Origin: a virus
Reading direction: 5' to 3' (one strand)
Virus record (IMG/VR): IMGVR_UViG_3300037225_000351
Coordinates: 4,123 to 68,122 of that record
Length of the DNA stretch: 64,000 nt
Below the pieces are notes generated by a model. The model saw only the letters and a list, made by a program, of their open reading frames with translations. It did no database searches and was not told the origin of the DNA. Below are positions 46,202-56,262 of the stretch, one piece after another (positions within the stretch are counted from its first letter, which is position 1; the number at the start of each line of letters is the position of its first letter). The translations under genes and the position numbers were made by a program.

Positions 46202-47974
46202 TTATTTCTCCTCTGTTATTTCTGAAAATCCATTTATATTCTTTGAGACAAGCATATGTTTATTAAATGTTGAACTAAAATTATTATTGATTTTATGCGA
46301 TATGATATATATATTCAGACCTTTTTCATCAGATATTTTTTTCATAATTTCTAACATTTTATCGAGGCATTCATCATCTGCAGCAGAATCCAAAAGTTCA
46401 TCAATAATTAAAAGATCAGAAAACCAGGAAGAAATTATTTTCATCGTATCTAATAACGCAAACATAATACTGAACGAAATTCTTTTCTTCTCTCCTTCTG
46501 AAAAACTCCAATAATTTACCTCTTGTCGATAATGTTCAATATCAATTATTTTTTCATCCATATTTTTATTAAATGAAATTTTTATAGGAAGCTCAAAATA
46601 CTCCAAGTACTCAAAAATCTTATGATTAATAATAGGAATCATTTTCTCCACCACATATGACTTTACTCCACTATCAGAAAGAATTCTATCAGCAATAGCA
46701 TAATTTTTAATTTTTATAGTTTCTTCTAAGAGTTTACTTTTATTTTCTGCTAAATCTGATATTTTAATTTTTACTTCTTCTTTTACTTTTTCTACATCAA
46801 TCGTATTCTTTGAGTTCTGTAATTCTATAATTTGACTTTCAAGATTTCTAATATCTTTCTGATGATCTCTAATGTCTATTTCAATTTCTCTAAGGTCTAT
46901 AAGTTGCTTAGATAAATTTGATTCTTTCTTTTCTATAAATTCAATATTGTCTGATACTTGTTTTATTTTCTCTATACTGTCTAATAATAATTTCTCTGAT
47001 TGTTCTTTGGATGAAGTCTTCTGTGATATCTCTGCCTGTCTCAAATTTTCATCAAATTGTTTTTTACAAATAGGACAAAATTTCTCTGTTGTAAGTTTAT
47101 TAATTTGAGTTGTCAGAGATCTCACATTCCATTCGTGCTCCGATCTCTCTTTTTCTAATTTTGATTTTCCTATAAGATATTTTGATTTATTGTGATCTTT
47201 AATTTCTGCTTGAAGTTTTTCTATGATTATCTTGTAGGGCGATGCTTCTTTTATAGACGATTCTAAAAGAGTTTTTTCTGATTCTAATTGGTTGTTGCAT
47301 TTTTCTATTTTTTCTTTTTGTAATCTATCGAAGTTTCTATTCTGTTCTTCAAGATCGAGAATTTGTCCTTGAAGAATTCTAATAGTACCTTCGATGTTTG
47401 TGATATTATTTTCTAAAAGATCATGTAATTTATTGGATACCTTGGATTTTTCTTGTAGGACTTTATTCATTTTTCCGAATTCAGATAATCCAAACATTTG
47501 CTCTACAGTTTTTCTTTTATCCTTGGAATCTAATTCGAGAAATGGTTTGTTGTAGCTGATAGAAATGCTGATTACTTGTTTAAAGATCTCGTAGTTTATT
47601 CCTAAGAGACGATCTATTTCAAACTGATTTAATTTCTTAGAGGATAAAAGTTCTAAGGTGTTTCCGTTTTTTATAATCTCTAATTTATCTGGTTCTTTAT
47701 TTCTTGTGAGTGTGTATTCGTCAGAGCCAATAGAGAACATGCAAGAAGTTTTGAGATTTCCTTTGTTCTTTCGATTTAGAATTTCATCAATCTTAATTTT
47801 CCTATACGGCCTTCCATAAAGACAAAATGAAAGAGTATCAAGAAGAGCAGATGATTTTCCCGAGCCGTTTTTTCCAGACCATAAATTTAATCCGGAAGTA
47901 AATTCAATTGTAGTGGGTAAAGCTCCAAATGATAATATGTTTGAAAATGTAATTGATTTGAATTTTAATTGCAT
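46202..47974 (-). CDS. gp46: Recombination ATPase subunit (gp46 / Rad50 / SbcC-like)
   Basis: GKNGSGKS, coiled coil with CPIC hook, FSEGEKKR, IIDE and ISH. Confidence 0.93.
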   Translation of the reverse strand: MQLKFKSITFSNILSFGALPTTIEFTSGLNLWSGKNGSGKSSALLDTLSFCLYGRPYRKIKIDEILNRKNKGNLKTSCMFSIGSDEYTLTRNKEPDKLEIIKNGNTLELLSSKKLNQFEIDRLLGINYEIFKQVISISISYNKPFLELDSKDKRKTVEQMFGLSEFGKMNKVLQEKSKVSNKLHDLLENNITNIEGTIRILQGQILDLEEQNRNFDRLQKEKIEKCNNQLESEKTLLESSIKEASPYKIIIEKLQAEIKDHNKSKYLIGKSKLEKERSEHEWNVRSLTTQINKLTTEKFCPICKKQFDENLRQAEISQKTSSKEQSEKLLLDSIEKIKQVSDNIEFIEKKESNLSKQLIDLREIEIDIRDHQKDIRNLESQIIELQNSKNTIDVEKVKEEVKIKISDLAENKSKLLEETIKIKNYAIADRILSDSGVKSYVVEKMIPIINHKIFEYLEYFELPIKISFNKNMDEKIIDIEHYRQEVNYWSFSEGEKKRISFSIMFALLDTMKIISSWFSDLLIIDELLDSAADDECLDKMLEIMKKISDEKGLNIYIISHKINNNFSSTFNKHMLVSKNINGFSEITEEK

Positions 47975-48017
47975 TTACATATGTCTCTCTTTCAGTCAAT
48001 TTATATAGGACAATAAT

Positions 48018-48046
48018 AGTATAATGTTTATTTATTATGATGTCAA
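48018..48046 (-). promoter_or_regulatory. Early promoter, copy 9 (start of the leftward arm)
   Basis: TTGACA-N17-TATACT. Confidence 0.85.
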
Positions 48047-48083
48047 GAACTATTTTGCCTTTTTGTAAATTTATTTTTAAGAT

Positions 48084-48091
48084 TATAAATA
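48084..48091 (+). promoter_or_regulatory. T4-type late promoter
   Basis: TATAAATA upstream of AGGAG and ATG 48116. Confidence 0.7.
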
Positions 48092-48115
48092 CTTGCAAGA
48101 ACTAGGAGATATCCA

Positions 48116-48322
48116 ATGAAATTGCTTTTATTTTTATTATCTTTCGTATGTATACCTTTGGCAAATGATAGCATTGTTGCAAGTCAGTATTGGAACTGTA
48201 ACAGATGCAATGACACAATTATTGAAAAAGTAGTCCAAAGAAAAAAATATGTTGAAGTCTATTATCAAGTGAATAAATTTCGATTGCCTACCGAACATTT
48301 CTGCAAGGTCTATAAGAAATAA
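48116..48322 (+). CDS. Small secreted or membrane protein
   Basis: Signal-peptide-like N-terminus, RBS and late promoter. Confidence 0.55.
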   Translation: MKLLLFLLSFVCIPLANDSIVASQYWNCNRCNDTIIEKVVQRKKYVEVYYQVNKFRLPTEHFCKVYKK

Positions 48323-48369
48323 TCTCAAATTTCCTGATTAAGAAAATCTAAGATAATAGGAAAATTATA

Positions 48370-48398
48370 TTGACTTATATATCTGCGAGAATTATATT
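48370..48398 (+). promoter_or_regulatory. Variant sigma70 promoter for the nucleotidyltransferase
   Basis: TTGACT-N17-TATATT. Confidence 0.65.
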
Positions 48399-48419
48399 AG
48401 ATTTAAAAGGAGCAATAAA

Positions 48420-49367
48420 ATGAATTACACCCAATGGTACGTCCAAAACGGAAAATTCCAGAAGCACGAGACTTGGATTTTGGACAATCTCATGTTAGAA
48501 TCTTTGATGGGATCTCATGTTTATGGATGCTCAAAAGAAGACTCAGATTATGATATCATGGGAATTGTCATGCCTAAACCAGAACATCTCATGCCTCAGA
48601 ACTATGGATTTATTTTAGATTTTGATCAACTTCCAAGATTTGAGCGTAAAGAATTAAAAGGAAAATTCAAAAGAGTAGAGATAGGTAAGCAATCAGTCGA
48701 AGCAGAATGGATATCTCTCATAGAATTCTTTGTCATGGCTGGCCTAAAAGGATCTCCTAACCTCATAGAAATCTTATTCACAAAACCAAATTTCATAACA
48801 GTTGGAACGAAGATTGGGCATTATTTAAGAGATCAAAGAAGAAAATTTCTCTCCATGAAAACATACCATAGCTTTCGTGGATATTCCGCCTCCCAAATGC
48901 ACAGAGTCAGACAGAGAAATCCAGAGACTCTTGAAAGAAAAGAAATGGTAGAAAAGTACGGTTATGATCTGAAGATGGTTTACCACATTTTTCGACTGTT
49001 GGATAATCTTGACCAACTTCTGACAATTAATGATATCGACCTCATGAGAAACAAAGAAGAATCCAAGATTATAAGAGCAGGAGAATTCGGTCCAATGGAA
49101 TATGTGGAATCAGAATATCAAAGAAGAATGGCAAAATTAGATGATCTTGTTGTCAAATGCAATCTTTTCCAACTTCCAAATCAACCAGAACTCAAAATGC
49201 TCTTATCCGAAATATTGGAAGAGCACTTTGGATCTTTGAGTAATTTCAGTAATAATGCCAGTAAAGTCGGATCTGAGTTCATCTCTTGCTCCGATGTCAT
49301 GGCAGAACTGAAAGACCTCAAAGAAGAAGTATCTAAAATTCCCAAAAGTGAGAAAGTGCTGAAATAA
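48420..49367 (+). CDS. Pol-beta superfamily nucleotidyltransferase (RlaP / Nuc-transf-like)
   Basis: GSHVYG...DSDYD, GSPNLIEILF, GY and GYDLKxxYHxxRL. Confidence 0.85.
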   Translation: MNYTQWYVQNGKFQKHETWILDNLMLESLMGSHVYGCSKEDSDYDIMGIVMPKPEHLMPQNYGFILDFDQLPRFERKELKGKFKRVEIGKQSVEAEWISLIEFFVMAGLKGSPNLIEILFTKPNFITVGTKIGHYLRDQRRKFLSMKTYHSFRGYSASQMHRVRQRNPETLERKEMVEKYGYDLKMVYHIFRLLDNLDQLLTINDIDLMRNKEESKIIRAGEFGPMEYVESEYQRRMAKLDDLVVKCNLFQLPNQPELKMLLSEILEEHFGSLSNFSNNASKVGSEFISCSDVMAELKDLKEEVSKIPKSEKVLK

Positions 49368-49890
49368 CGCAAATTTAAAAGAACTGCTATTTATAAGGCT
49401 TTTAGAGCCTACAATCGTCTCAAATGGTCTCAGAGTACTTTGGTATAGGTAGGACTGCGATCTGCCTTTAGGCTTCGTTTATTCTATTGTTTTGTTCTAT
49501 CCCTGGAGAAAATCTGAGTGCTTTGATCGGACTAAAAGACCTTGGATTTTGGGTTTAAGAGCTTCGACAGTTAAATAAAATTTCAAATCTTGGAGAACTA
49601 ATATAGATTATATATTAAGATATTAAGATTATATAAGAATTAAATAAGTAAAGAAATAAAATAGGGGAAATTCTTATTTGTCAAGGAATTCATAGTTTAC
49701 TAAGTTTATAAACTATGATCTACTTAACGAGTTTTAACGCTACGCTTGTGGTCTTCGGTAGTAACCTCGACTTCTTTGTTTTTTTAAATTCCTTTTGTTG
49801 ATGTTGTGAATTAATTCTCTATCCTATCTTATCAAAATACCAGACTTATATATATATATATATTAGGTAACCAATAATTTTAATGAAAGG
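49368..49890. other. Long non-coding region, candidate replication origin
   Basis: Largest intergenic gap. Contains an AT-rich tract with TATTAAGA repeats, a 10-bp inverted repeat (49690-49718), (TA)8 at 49847-49862 and a minus-strand TATAAATA at 49388; directly upstream of uvsY. Confidence 0.45.
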
Positions 49891-49896
49891 TTGTTT

Positions 49897-50310
49897 ATGT
49901 CTTCAATTGCGGATTTAGAAAAAGAACTTATTCCCGACCTCGAAATCAATGAAGAAAATATGCAGCAAAAATCACTTATGTTAGGCAAGCTTTATTACAA
50001 ATACCTAAAAATCCTCACAACAGAGAAACTCAAACAAGATAAAAGAGAACAGAGCAGATTAGATCAATACAAAATTCTTTATCATAATTTGCGGAGTAAA
50101 GGCTTTCAGGGATTTGAGGTTTCTAAGACTAAGAACGAAATTGAAACCTATATGTGCATGGATGAAAAATATAGAGAAATAGAAAAAGAAATATCACAAA
50201 ATCAACATATCATAGATTATCTCGAAGATGTGTTAGATCAAATAAATAGAGTTTCTTTCAACATAAAAAATTGGATAGATATTCAACGACTAAAACTAGG
50301 TCTTGTCTAA
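49897..50310 (+). CDS. uvsY: Recombination mediator UvsY
   Basis: DLEI, LYxKYL, YMxxDE and FNIKNWID; adjacent to uvsW. Confidence 0.8.
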   Translation: MSSIADLEKELIPDLEINEENMQQKSLMLGKLYYKYLKILTTEKLKQDKREQSRLDQYKILYHNLRSKGFQGFEVSKTKNEIETYMCMDEKYREIEKEISQNQHIIDYLEDVLDQINRVSFNIKNWIDIQRLKLGLV

Positions 50311-51819
50311 ATGGCAGATGTAATAATAAATAAATTAAACGAAGTATTTCTACAATTGGAAGTATCTAATGATATTGCTATGGAGATTCATTCTGCGTTT
50401 TCTGTTATGGTTCCGGGCTTTCGCTTTATGCCCCTATACAAAGCACATCTCTGGTCTGGTTCTACTTCATTCTTTGAGTTTAATTCCTTCAAGATTGGCA
50501 TTGGATTCTTGCCTAAACTTTTACAATTCTGCCAATCTTTCAACTACACATATGAATTAAAATTTGATGAATCTTCTTTAAAAAATAAAATTACAGATGA
50601 AGAAATAACAGAATTCTTGAAGACAATATTACCTCCTGAAAGTAAATATAAATTGCGAGATTATCAAGAAAAAGCTCTAAGAGAAATGTTAAAAAGCAAA
50701 AAATGCCTCGTTGAAATGCCAACTGGTTCAGGTAAAAGTCTTTTAATATATTGCATTGTTAAATATTTACAGATGATAGGATTTAAAGAAAAATTTGTAA
50801 TAATAACTTCTTCAATAGGATTAATTTTACAGCTTCGTCAGGATTTTATTGACTATGGATTTTTGGACTTTGATGATTATTTTGGAACAATTTATTTTGA
50901 TTCAACTAATAAAGATTTTTCAAAACAATTTCTTATATCAACATGGCAGACATTACATAAAATGCCACAAAATTATTTAAGTCTATTTGGTGCATTTTTA
51001 ATTGATGAAGTTCACGAATCGACATTTAAGAGCAAAGTTCTGGTGGATGTGTTAGCTAAATTAAATAGGGCTTCTTGGAGAATAGGAACAACAGGCACAC
51101 TTCCAAGATCAGTACAAATTAATATGATGTCTTTGATCGGATACATAGGAAGAATAGTTTCAACTGTCACATCATCTGAGCTTATTAAAAAAGGAGTTCT
51201 TGCAAAAGTTCAAGTAGTAAATGTTATATTGAAGTATCCTGAAAGTTTAATTGAAAAGTCAGGAATTTATAATGATGAGGTTGAAAAAATTATTCATTAT
51301 CCAGATCGTAACAAGATATTCAAATACATTGTTGATCGTGTTGGAGAAAAAAAGAACATTCTAATTCTTGTACAACGCATAGAACATCTTAGAAACATTA
51401 GAGAATATCTTCAGAGAGAATTTTCTACTAAGAATATTTATGAGATCTACAATAAAATAGAAGGAGATGAGAGAGAACGAATAAGAAAAATAGTAAATGT
51501 AAATCAAGGATCTATTATTGTAGCTACTTTTAAAACATGTTCCGTAGGCATAAATATTCCAAATCTCAGCGTAGTTATTTTCGGCAGTTCTTATAAAAGC
51601 TCACAGGTCGTAATTCAGGCGATTGGACGCGGAATTAGAAAGACAGAAATAAAAAACAACATGACACTCTTTGACATTGTAGATAGTTTGTGTTGGGAAA
51701 AGCGTGGGGGGGCAATAGGAACTAATTATTTATATGATCATTTTTTAGAACGTCTTAAAATATATAGAACACAAGGATTTCCATATAAGAACATCCAATT
51801 GAATATTTCTGATTTATAA
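50311..51819 (+). CDS. uvsW: SF2 helicase UvsW
   Basis: PGFRFMPxY, LRDYQ, PTGSGKS, STWQ, DEVH, TGT and QAIGRGIR. Confidence 0.93.
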   Translation: MADVIINKLNEVFLQLEVSNDIAMEIHSAFSVMVPGFRFMPLYKAHLWSGSTSFFEFNSFKIGIGFLPKLLQFCQSFNYTYELKFDESSLKNKITDEEITEFLKTILPPESKYKLRDYQEKALREMLKSKKCLVEMPTGSGKSLLIYCIVKYLQMIGFKEKFVIITSSIGLILQLRQDFIDYGFLDFDDYFGTIYFDSTNKDFSKQFLISTWQTLHKMPQNYLSLFGAFLIDEVHESTFKSKVLVDVLAKLNRASWRIGTTGTLPRSVQINMMSLIGYIGRIVSTVTSSELIKKGVLAKVQVVNVILKYPESLIEKSGIYNDEVEKIIHYPDRNKIFKYIVDRVGEKKNILILVQRIEHLRNIREYLQREFSTKNIYEIYNKIEGDERERIRKIVNVNQGSIIVATFKTCSVGINIPNLSVVIFGSSYKSSQVVIQAIGRGIRKTEIKNNMTLFDIVDSLCWEKRGGAIGTNYLYDHFLERLKIYRTQGFPYKNIQLNISDL

Positions 51820-51832
51820 CAGTTACTAAAAT

Positions 51833-51840
51833 TATAAATA
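51833..51840 (+). promoter_or_regulatory. T4-type late promoter
   Basis: ATTATAAATACTAA. Confidence 0.75.
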
Positions 51841-51868
51841 CTAATAGAAGAGCTATCTAAGAACATTA

Positions 51869-52405
51869 ATGAAAGGAATTATAGATATGAAAAGTCTTAA
51901 AGAAAAAGAAGAAATCGGATTGTCCTCAAAGATGGATACTGAAATAAATTCTCAAACTGCAATGGCTACAAAAGAGAAGACTCCGGAGATTGCTGCGATG
52001 GATACAAGTAAGGCTCCTCTTTTGGATATTTACGCATCCGGAAAGACCTTTGAGATCTCTGATAATTCAAAAATCTACATGGCCGTAAAGCTAGTCAAAG
52101 ACATAATCGACAGGCAATTCTTCAACCAACAGAAAACTACATTGTCCTTTCAGTTTTCTATAGATGTCAAAAAACACCAAGTTGCCTTTGATATCTCAGT
52201 CAACAACAACCAGCTTGAAGATGATCCTTTGATTCAATTGGAAAAACTCGCAGACATTCTGACAAATCGAATTAATCTTTATTTTGATGACTCAGTTGAT
52301 GTTGCGAGGGAAATTAAACCAATACTTACAACCGATGACACGACAATGGATAATTATGGAAGAACTCTTTTGAGGATCACAGTTACAGAAAAGACCAAAG
52401 TATAG
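51869..52405 (+). CDS. Hypothetical late protein
   Basis: Follows a late promoter. Confidence 0.55.
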   Translation: MKGIIDMKSLKEKEEIGLSSKMDTEINSQTAMATKEKTPEIAAMDTSKAPLLDIYASGKTFEISDNSKIYMAVKLVKDIIDRQFFNQQKTTLSFQFSIDVKKHQVAFDISVNNNQLEDDPLIQLEKLADILTNRINLYFDDSVDVAREIKPILTTDDTTMDNYGRTLLRITVTEKTKV

Positions 52406-52414
52406 GAGAAGAAT

Positions 52415-52765
52415 ATGCCAGAATCTTCAGGACATATTTTCACTAAAAGATTTTGGAACAAGGGAAGAATTGTGTGGGGGTTTATAATTGGACTCTGTAC
52501 GATTATTCCAGTCACATGTGGATCATTTTATACATTATCAAGATGGGCAGATGAACAAATTATATCTCCTTATGTTAAATGTAAAGTAGATTCCACTTGT
52601 ATTAAATTGACGGACCCTTTGAAAGAAGATATAAAAACCATGATCATAGACGTAAAGTTTACAAGAAAATGTTTAGAGGAAATTACACCGGTTCCAATTA
52701 AAGACAAAGTAAGGAGTCAAATGTTTGTTGATTCTTTGCTAGATAATAAATATCACACCCGATAA
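52415..52765 (+). CDS. Membrane protein
   Basis: One hydrophobic segment; AGGAG RBS. Confidence 0.55.
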   Translation: MPESSGHIFTKRFWNKGRIVWGFIIGLCTIIPVTCGSFYTLSRWADEQIISPYVKCKVDSTCIKLTDPLKEDIKTMIIDVKFTRKCLEEITPVPIKDKVRSQMFVDSLLDNKYHTR

Positions 52766-52790
52766 AAACCTTAAAGAAAGTAGGATTAAT

Positions 52791-53213
52791 ATGGCAGAAG
52801 AAGTTAAAGAATCAAAACTCGATGTTCTCAAACAAGCAATAACAGATTTCGTAAATGCTGATGTTAATGATTTACGGGATACTACAAAGAAATCTGAGTT
52901 CTTGGATGCATTCAAAACAATTCTCAAGTCTGAAGATTCTGGTGTTTATTCATGGTTAGAGAAAGTTCTGCCAGCAATGAAAACAGAAGCAGATAAACTC
53001 GGAATTACTGTTGATGCTAAGGAAGAGTTTGAACCTGAGTCTGAGGAAGCAACTGAAACTCCGACTGCAGAAGAAACTCCAGAGGAAACTCCCGAAGAGA
53101 CGACTGAAGAAGTTCCTGCTGAAGAGAATACAGAACCAGAAGTAAAGACAGAATCCGTACAAATGACTCGTGGTGAATTTCTTGTAGAGGTAGCAAATAA
53201 CTTTATAGATTAA
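52791..53213 (+). CDS. Acidic late protein with EETPE repeats (scaffold- or internal-protein-like)
   Basis: Low-complexity E/T/P tract, with VKES and KTES motifs. Confidence 0.55.
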   Translation: MAEEVKESKLDVLKQAITDFVNADVNDLRDTTKKSEFLDAFKTILKSEDSGVYSWLEKVLPAMKTEADKLGITVDAKEEFEPESEEATETPTAEETPEETPEETTEEVPAEENTEPEVKTESVQMTRGEFLVEVANNFID

Positions 53214-53284
53214 TAGTACACCTTATCAACCTTACATCAAAACACGGCATGTAATTAACTGGATAAGATACTGTACTATTTTTT
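53212..53284 (+). terminator. Long bulged hairpin followed by a U-run (terminator or processing site)
   Basis: AATAGTACA/TGTACTATT, CTTATC/GATAAG and TTACAT/ATGTAA stems, then TTTT. Confidence 0.5.
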
Positions 53285-53306
53285 ACATTGAAGAAGGAGT
53301 TCTGTT

Positions 53307-54023
53307 ATGGTCTCAAAGTCATTTTTAGAGTTCTTAGATGCTCATGAGAAGAAGCTTGAAGATTTTATTAGAGAAGAAGAATCTGAGGTCCTTGAAGAAG
53401 AAATTGTTGTAGAACCTGTCAGAGTTATTAAAAAGACATTTCCTACAAAAGTTATTCAAAAACCTCAGATGAAGACTCCTCCTATTAAAGAATCTTCTAA
53501 TGCTCCATTTTCTTTTTGTACTTCATGCGGAAAAAAGATTCCTGATAATATAATGGGCAAATTTTGTTGCTATTGCGGAAAAGAAACTGTAATGAGAACT
53601 GATAGTAAAAATAAGATTGCTGTGAAGTCTAATAGTATCTCTGAGAATGTAAATTATGCTGCAAATATTTTAGATGAAGAGAATCCAATGACTGAGAGTA
53701 GATTGATAACGTACTTAGAGAAAAATCCTGTGAAGAATCCTATTTCTGAAATGTTGAAAGCAAATAGAAGTAAAGGGCAAGAATCACAGACAGTAATATC
53801 GGAAAATGCTGATAGAGCCAGTGAGCTTTTAGACGGAACTTCTGATGTTGGAGGAGTAAAATTATTAGAGATGCCAGATTTTTCTAAGTTCATGCCTCCG
53901 AAAGAAACTGTAAAAGTAATTCAAGAAGCAGAAGTAATACAGAATCTTCCTATGGCTCCTTCAAATACTCAGATTAATGATCCTAATGTAGAAGCACAAC
54001 TCAGATCACTTGGATTGATTTAA
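53307..54023 (+). CDS. Late protein with zinc ribbon
   Basis: FCTSCG...FCCYCG; two internal ISEN...LD repeats. Confidence 0.55.
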   Translation: MVSKSFLEFLDAHEKKLEDFIREEESEVLEEEIVVEPVRVIKKTFPTKVIQKPQMKTPPIKESSNAPFSFCTSCGKKIPDNIMGKFCCYCGKETVMRTDSKNKIAVKSNSISENVNYAANILDEENPMTESRLITYLEKNPVKNPISEMLKANRSKGQESQTVISENADRASELLDGTSDVGGVKLLEMPDFSKFMPPKETVKVIQEAEVIQNLPMAPSNTQINDPNVEAQLRSLGLI

Positions 54024-54044
54024 TTTACTTATAGGAGAAGATAG

Positions 54045-54335
54045 ATGGATTTACAAACATTAAGTGGAAGTGTTGTTAATGGGGATGGTTCTTATTGTTC
54101 TAATGTTGTTATAATTGCAGAACCATCGGAACCAGGAGCAATTGTAAGTGGTAGTGAACTTTCTAATATGAAATTTACTACTATTACTACATCAGCAGGA
54201 ACATTCTCATTTAGTCTAATAAAAGGTGCAGAATTCAAAATATCAGAGCAATATAATGGAAAAACATTCTTCGTTAAAAATATTATAGTCTCTGATGATG
54301 CTGCAAGAAATATTAGCGACTATGAGGATGCTTAG
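54045..54335 (+). CDS. Small beta-rich virion-like protein
   Basis: Beta-strand pattern (LSGSV...GTFSFSL); adjacent to the neck gene. Confidence 0.5.
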   Translation: MDLQTLSGSVVNGDGSYCSNVVIIAEPSEPGAIVSGSELSNMKFTTITTSAGTFSFSLIKGAEFKISEQYNGKTFFVKNIIVSDDAARNISDYEDA

Positions 54336-55037
54336 ATGATTCCAAGTTACTTAGATTATTCGAGCGTACCAAATAATTTCTTTGTAAAATCTAAGAGAGC
54401 AGATGGGAGTGACCCTTACGCAAATGAGAGAAATTTGTTTAGTTCTTTGATTTGTGAAAGTTATAATAAATTTGGAGTCACAATGACTTATTATGTGGTC
54501 TCTTTTAATTTATCTGCGGATCGTTTGAACGGAGAAGATAATGATAGAAGTATTATTCGTAAATTTGACTTTATGGCATATTATCAACTTCCAAAAGAAG
54601 ATAGACTGTTTAGTAAGTTTGGGATCGAGGGGCTAGATCAGTTTAGTGTTTTTGTAAGTAAGCTTCATTTTAATACTGCGAGTAAGTTCGATTTCTCTAA
54701 GGAAAATCCTGAAGCAAATGATGCATACATGCCCAAAATTGGAGATATAATTTTAGCACAATATAATAATTCTTTGCTAGAGATAACAGATGTAAAAGAA
54801 GAGACTGGAATGTTCCTATTGTCAAAACAGCACATATTTGAATTCATTTGTCGCCCATATCGGGATGAGCATCTTAATTTATTGGCTTCTACTTCTGCGG
54901 ATATGGTAGCAATATCTCCTTTTGTTGATAAAGAAGACCCGTTCGATATTAAAAATTTTATATTGAGTGCAGCACCAAATATTGAGTATGTCCCTCCGAG
55001 TACAGAAAAACCTTCAGATGAATTTTGGAATACATAG
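54336..55037 (+). CDS. gp14: Neck / head-closure protein (gp14-like)
   Basis: ExNL...ExxxxFG...YY, GED, FSKFGI and PKIGDII. Confidence 0.78.
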   Translation: MIPSYLDYSSVPNNFFVKSKRADGSDPYANERNLFSSLICESYNKFGVTMTYYVVSFNLSADRLNGEDNDRSIIRKFDFMAYYQLPKEDRLFSKFGIEGLDQFSVFVSKLHFNTASKFDFSKENPEANDAYMPKIGDIILAQYNNSLLEITDVKEETGMFLLSKQHIFEFICRPYRDEHLNLLASTSADMVAISPFVDKEDPFDIKNFILSAAPNIEYVPPSTEKPSDEFWNT

Positions 55038-55049
55038 GAAAATAATATT

Positions 55050-56219
55050 ATGAAAATTTGCAGTAAATGTAAGAGGGAATTAGACGAGAGTAACTTTTAC
55101 AAAAATAAAAATAAAAAAGATGGACTGTGCGCTGAATGTAAAGATTGTACAAAAGAATATGGTAAAAAATATTTCCAAACATATAGAAAACACGGAAAGA
55201 AGGTCAGTGATAATCTTATAGAATCAACTTTCAGAATTTGTAAAAAATGCGGCGCAGAAAAAAATATAGAAGAGTTTGTGTTGAATAAAAATTGTAGTTT
55301 TGGAAGAGAATACACATGCAAGTGTTGTCGCAAAGAAAAATTCAAAAATTATGGAAAAGAATATAGAAAAAATAATAAAGAAAAAATAAAAATATATTAT
55401 GATAAACATTATAAAGAAAACAACGAAGAAATAAAGAAAAGAAGCAGAGAACAATATGATGAAAAAATAAAAAATCCAGTAACAAGAGCAAAATATAGAA
55501 ATCATAAAAAAGAATACAGATTAAAAAATCCGGGGTATAATAAAAATTATTACTTAAATAACAAAGAAAAAATAGAGGAAACAAATAAAAAATATTTACA
55601 CGCACATAGAAAAGAATGCAACGCTAGACAATTAAAATATATAAAAGCAAGAAATAAAACAGATGCTTCTTTTAGAATAAAAGGATTGTTAAGAAGTAGA
55701 ATATTAAAGGTAATTAAAGGGCATTCAAAATCAGCACATACTATGGAATTAATTGGGTGTACTATAGAATTTTTAATGAACTATCTGCAACAAACAGCAA
55801 TAAACAATGGTTATGGTGATTTTGATATAAACGATTTTAATAGTAAAATTTTTAATATAGATCATATTATTCCTTGTTCTTTATTTCATTTGGACAAACA
55901 GACACATCAATTTCTCTGTTTTAATTGGAGCAATCTTCAGATATTGACTGCCTTAGAGAACGATTCCAAAAAAGCAAAATTAGACTTTAGACTGCTCAAA
56001 GAGTTCTCTAATGATTCTCCAAGTCTCCAAATCTCTCAAGGTTTTCCATTTCATAATTTAAAGGACACTAAAATGCAAAATCCAATTGACTTTAAGGTTG
56101 ATCAAATCACAGCAGAGAATGAAAAGTTTATTAAAGAAGAAATAAATAGAATTAACAAAGAAATTAAATCCTCTAAGGAACATCTTGGAGAAATAGAACA
56201 AATCAAGTTAGCAGCATAA
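55050..56219 (+). CDS. HNH-family homing endonuclease with N-terminal zinc fingers
   Basis: Repeated KxCxKC...CxxC, ELIGC and IDHIIP...FNWSNLQ...EN. Confidence 0.8.
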   Translation: MKICSKCKRELDESNFYKNKNKKDGLCAECKDCTKEYGKKYFQTYRKHGKKVSDNLIESTFRICKKCGAEKNIEEFVLNKNCSFGREYTCKCCRKEKFKNYGKEYRKNNKEKIKIYYDKHYKENNEEIKKRSREQYDEKIKNPVTRAKYRNHKKEYRLKNPGYNKNYYLNNKEKIEETNKKYLHAHRKECNARQLKYIKARNKTDASFRIKGLLRSRILKVIKGHSKSAHTMELIGCTIEFLMNYLQQTAINNGYGDFDINDFNSKIFNIDHIIPCSLFHLDKQTHQFLCFNWSNLQILTALENDSKKAKLDFRLLKEFSNDSPSLQISQGFPFHNLKDTKMQNPIDFKVDQITAENEKFIKEEINRINKEIKSSKEHLGEIEQIKLAA

Positions 56220-56227
56220 TGTTAAGT

Positions 56228-56235
56228 TATAAATA
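56228..56235 (+). promoter_or_regulatory. T4-type late promoter
   Basis: TATAAATA followed by AGGAG. Confidence 0.7.
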
Positions 56236-56262
56236 TAAGTAACAAATAGGAGAAATTTAATT

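Noticed and set aside
1569-47108. Numerous plus-strand ORFs of 60-150 aa opposite the leftward genes, and minus-strand ORFs after 48 kb
   Set aside because: Antisense shadows of real genes: Ser/Phe/Leu/Ile-rich, with no RBS or motifs.
49395-49570. Possible tRNA or ribozyme in the intergenic region
   Set aside because: No cloverleaf, TTCGA arm with acceptor stem, or hammerhead core could be built by eye; tRNAscan-SE or Infernal would be needed.
53030-53150. GAAACTCC-like repeats here and in the portal tail (about 60200-60320)
   Set aside because: They encode low-complexity E/T/P linkers and are not a DNA-level array.
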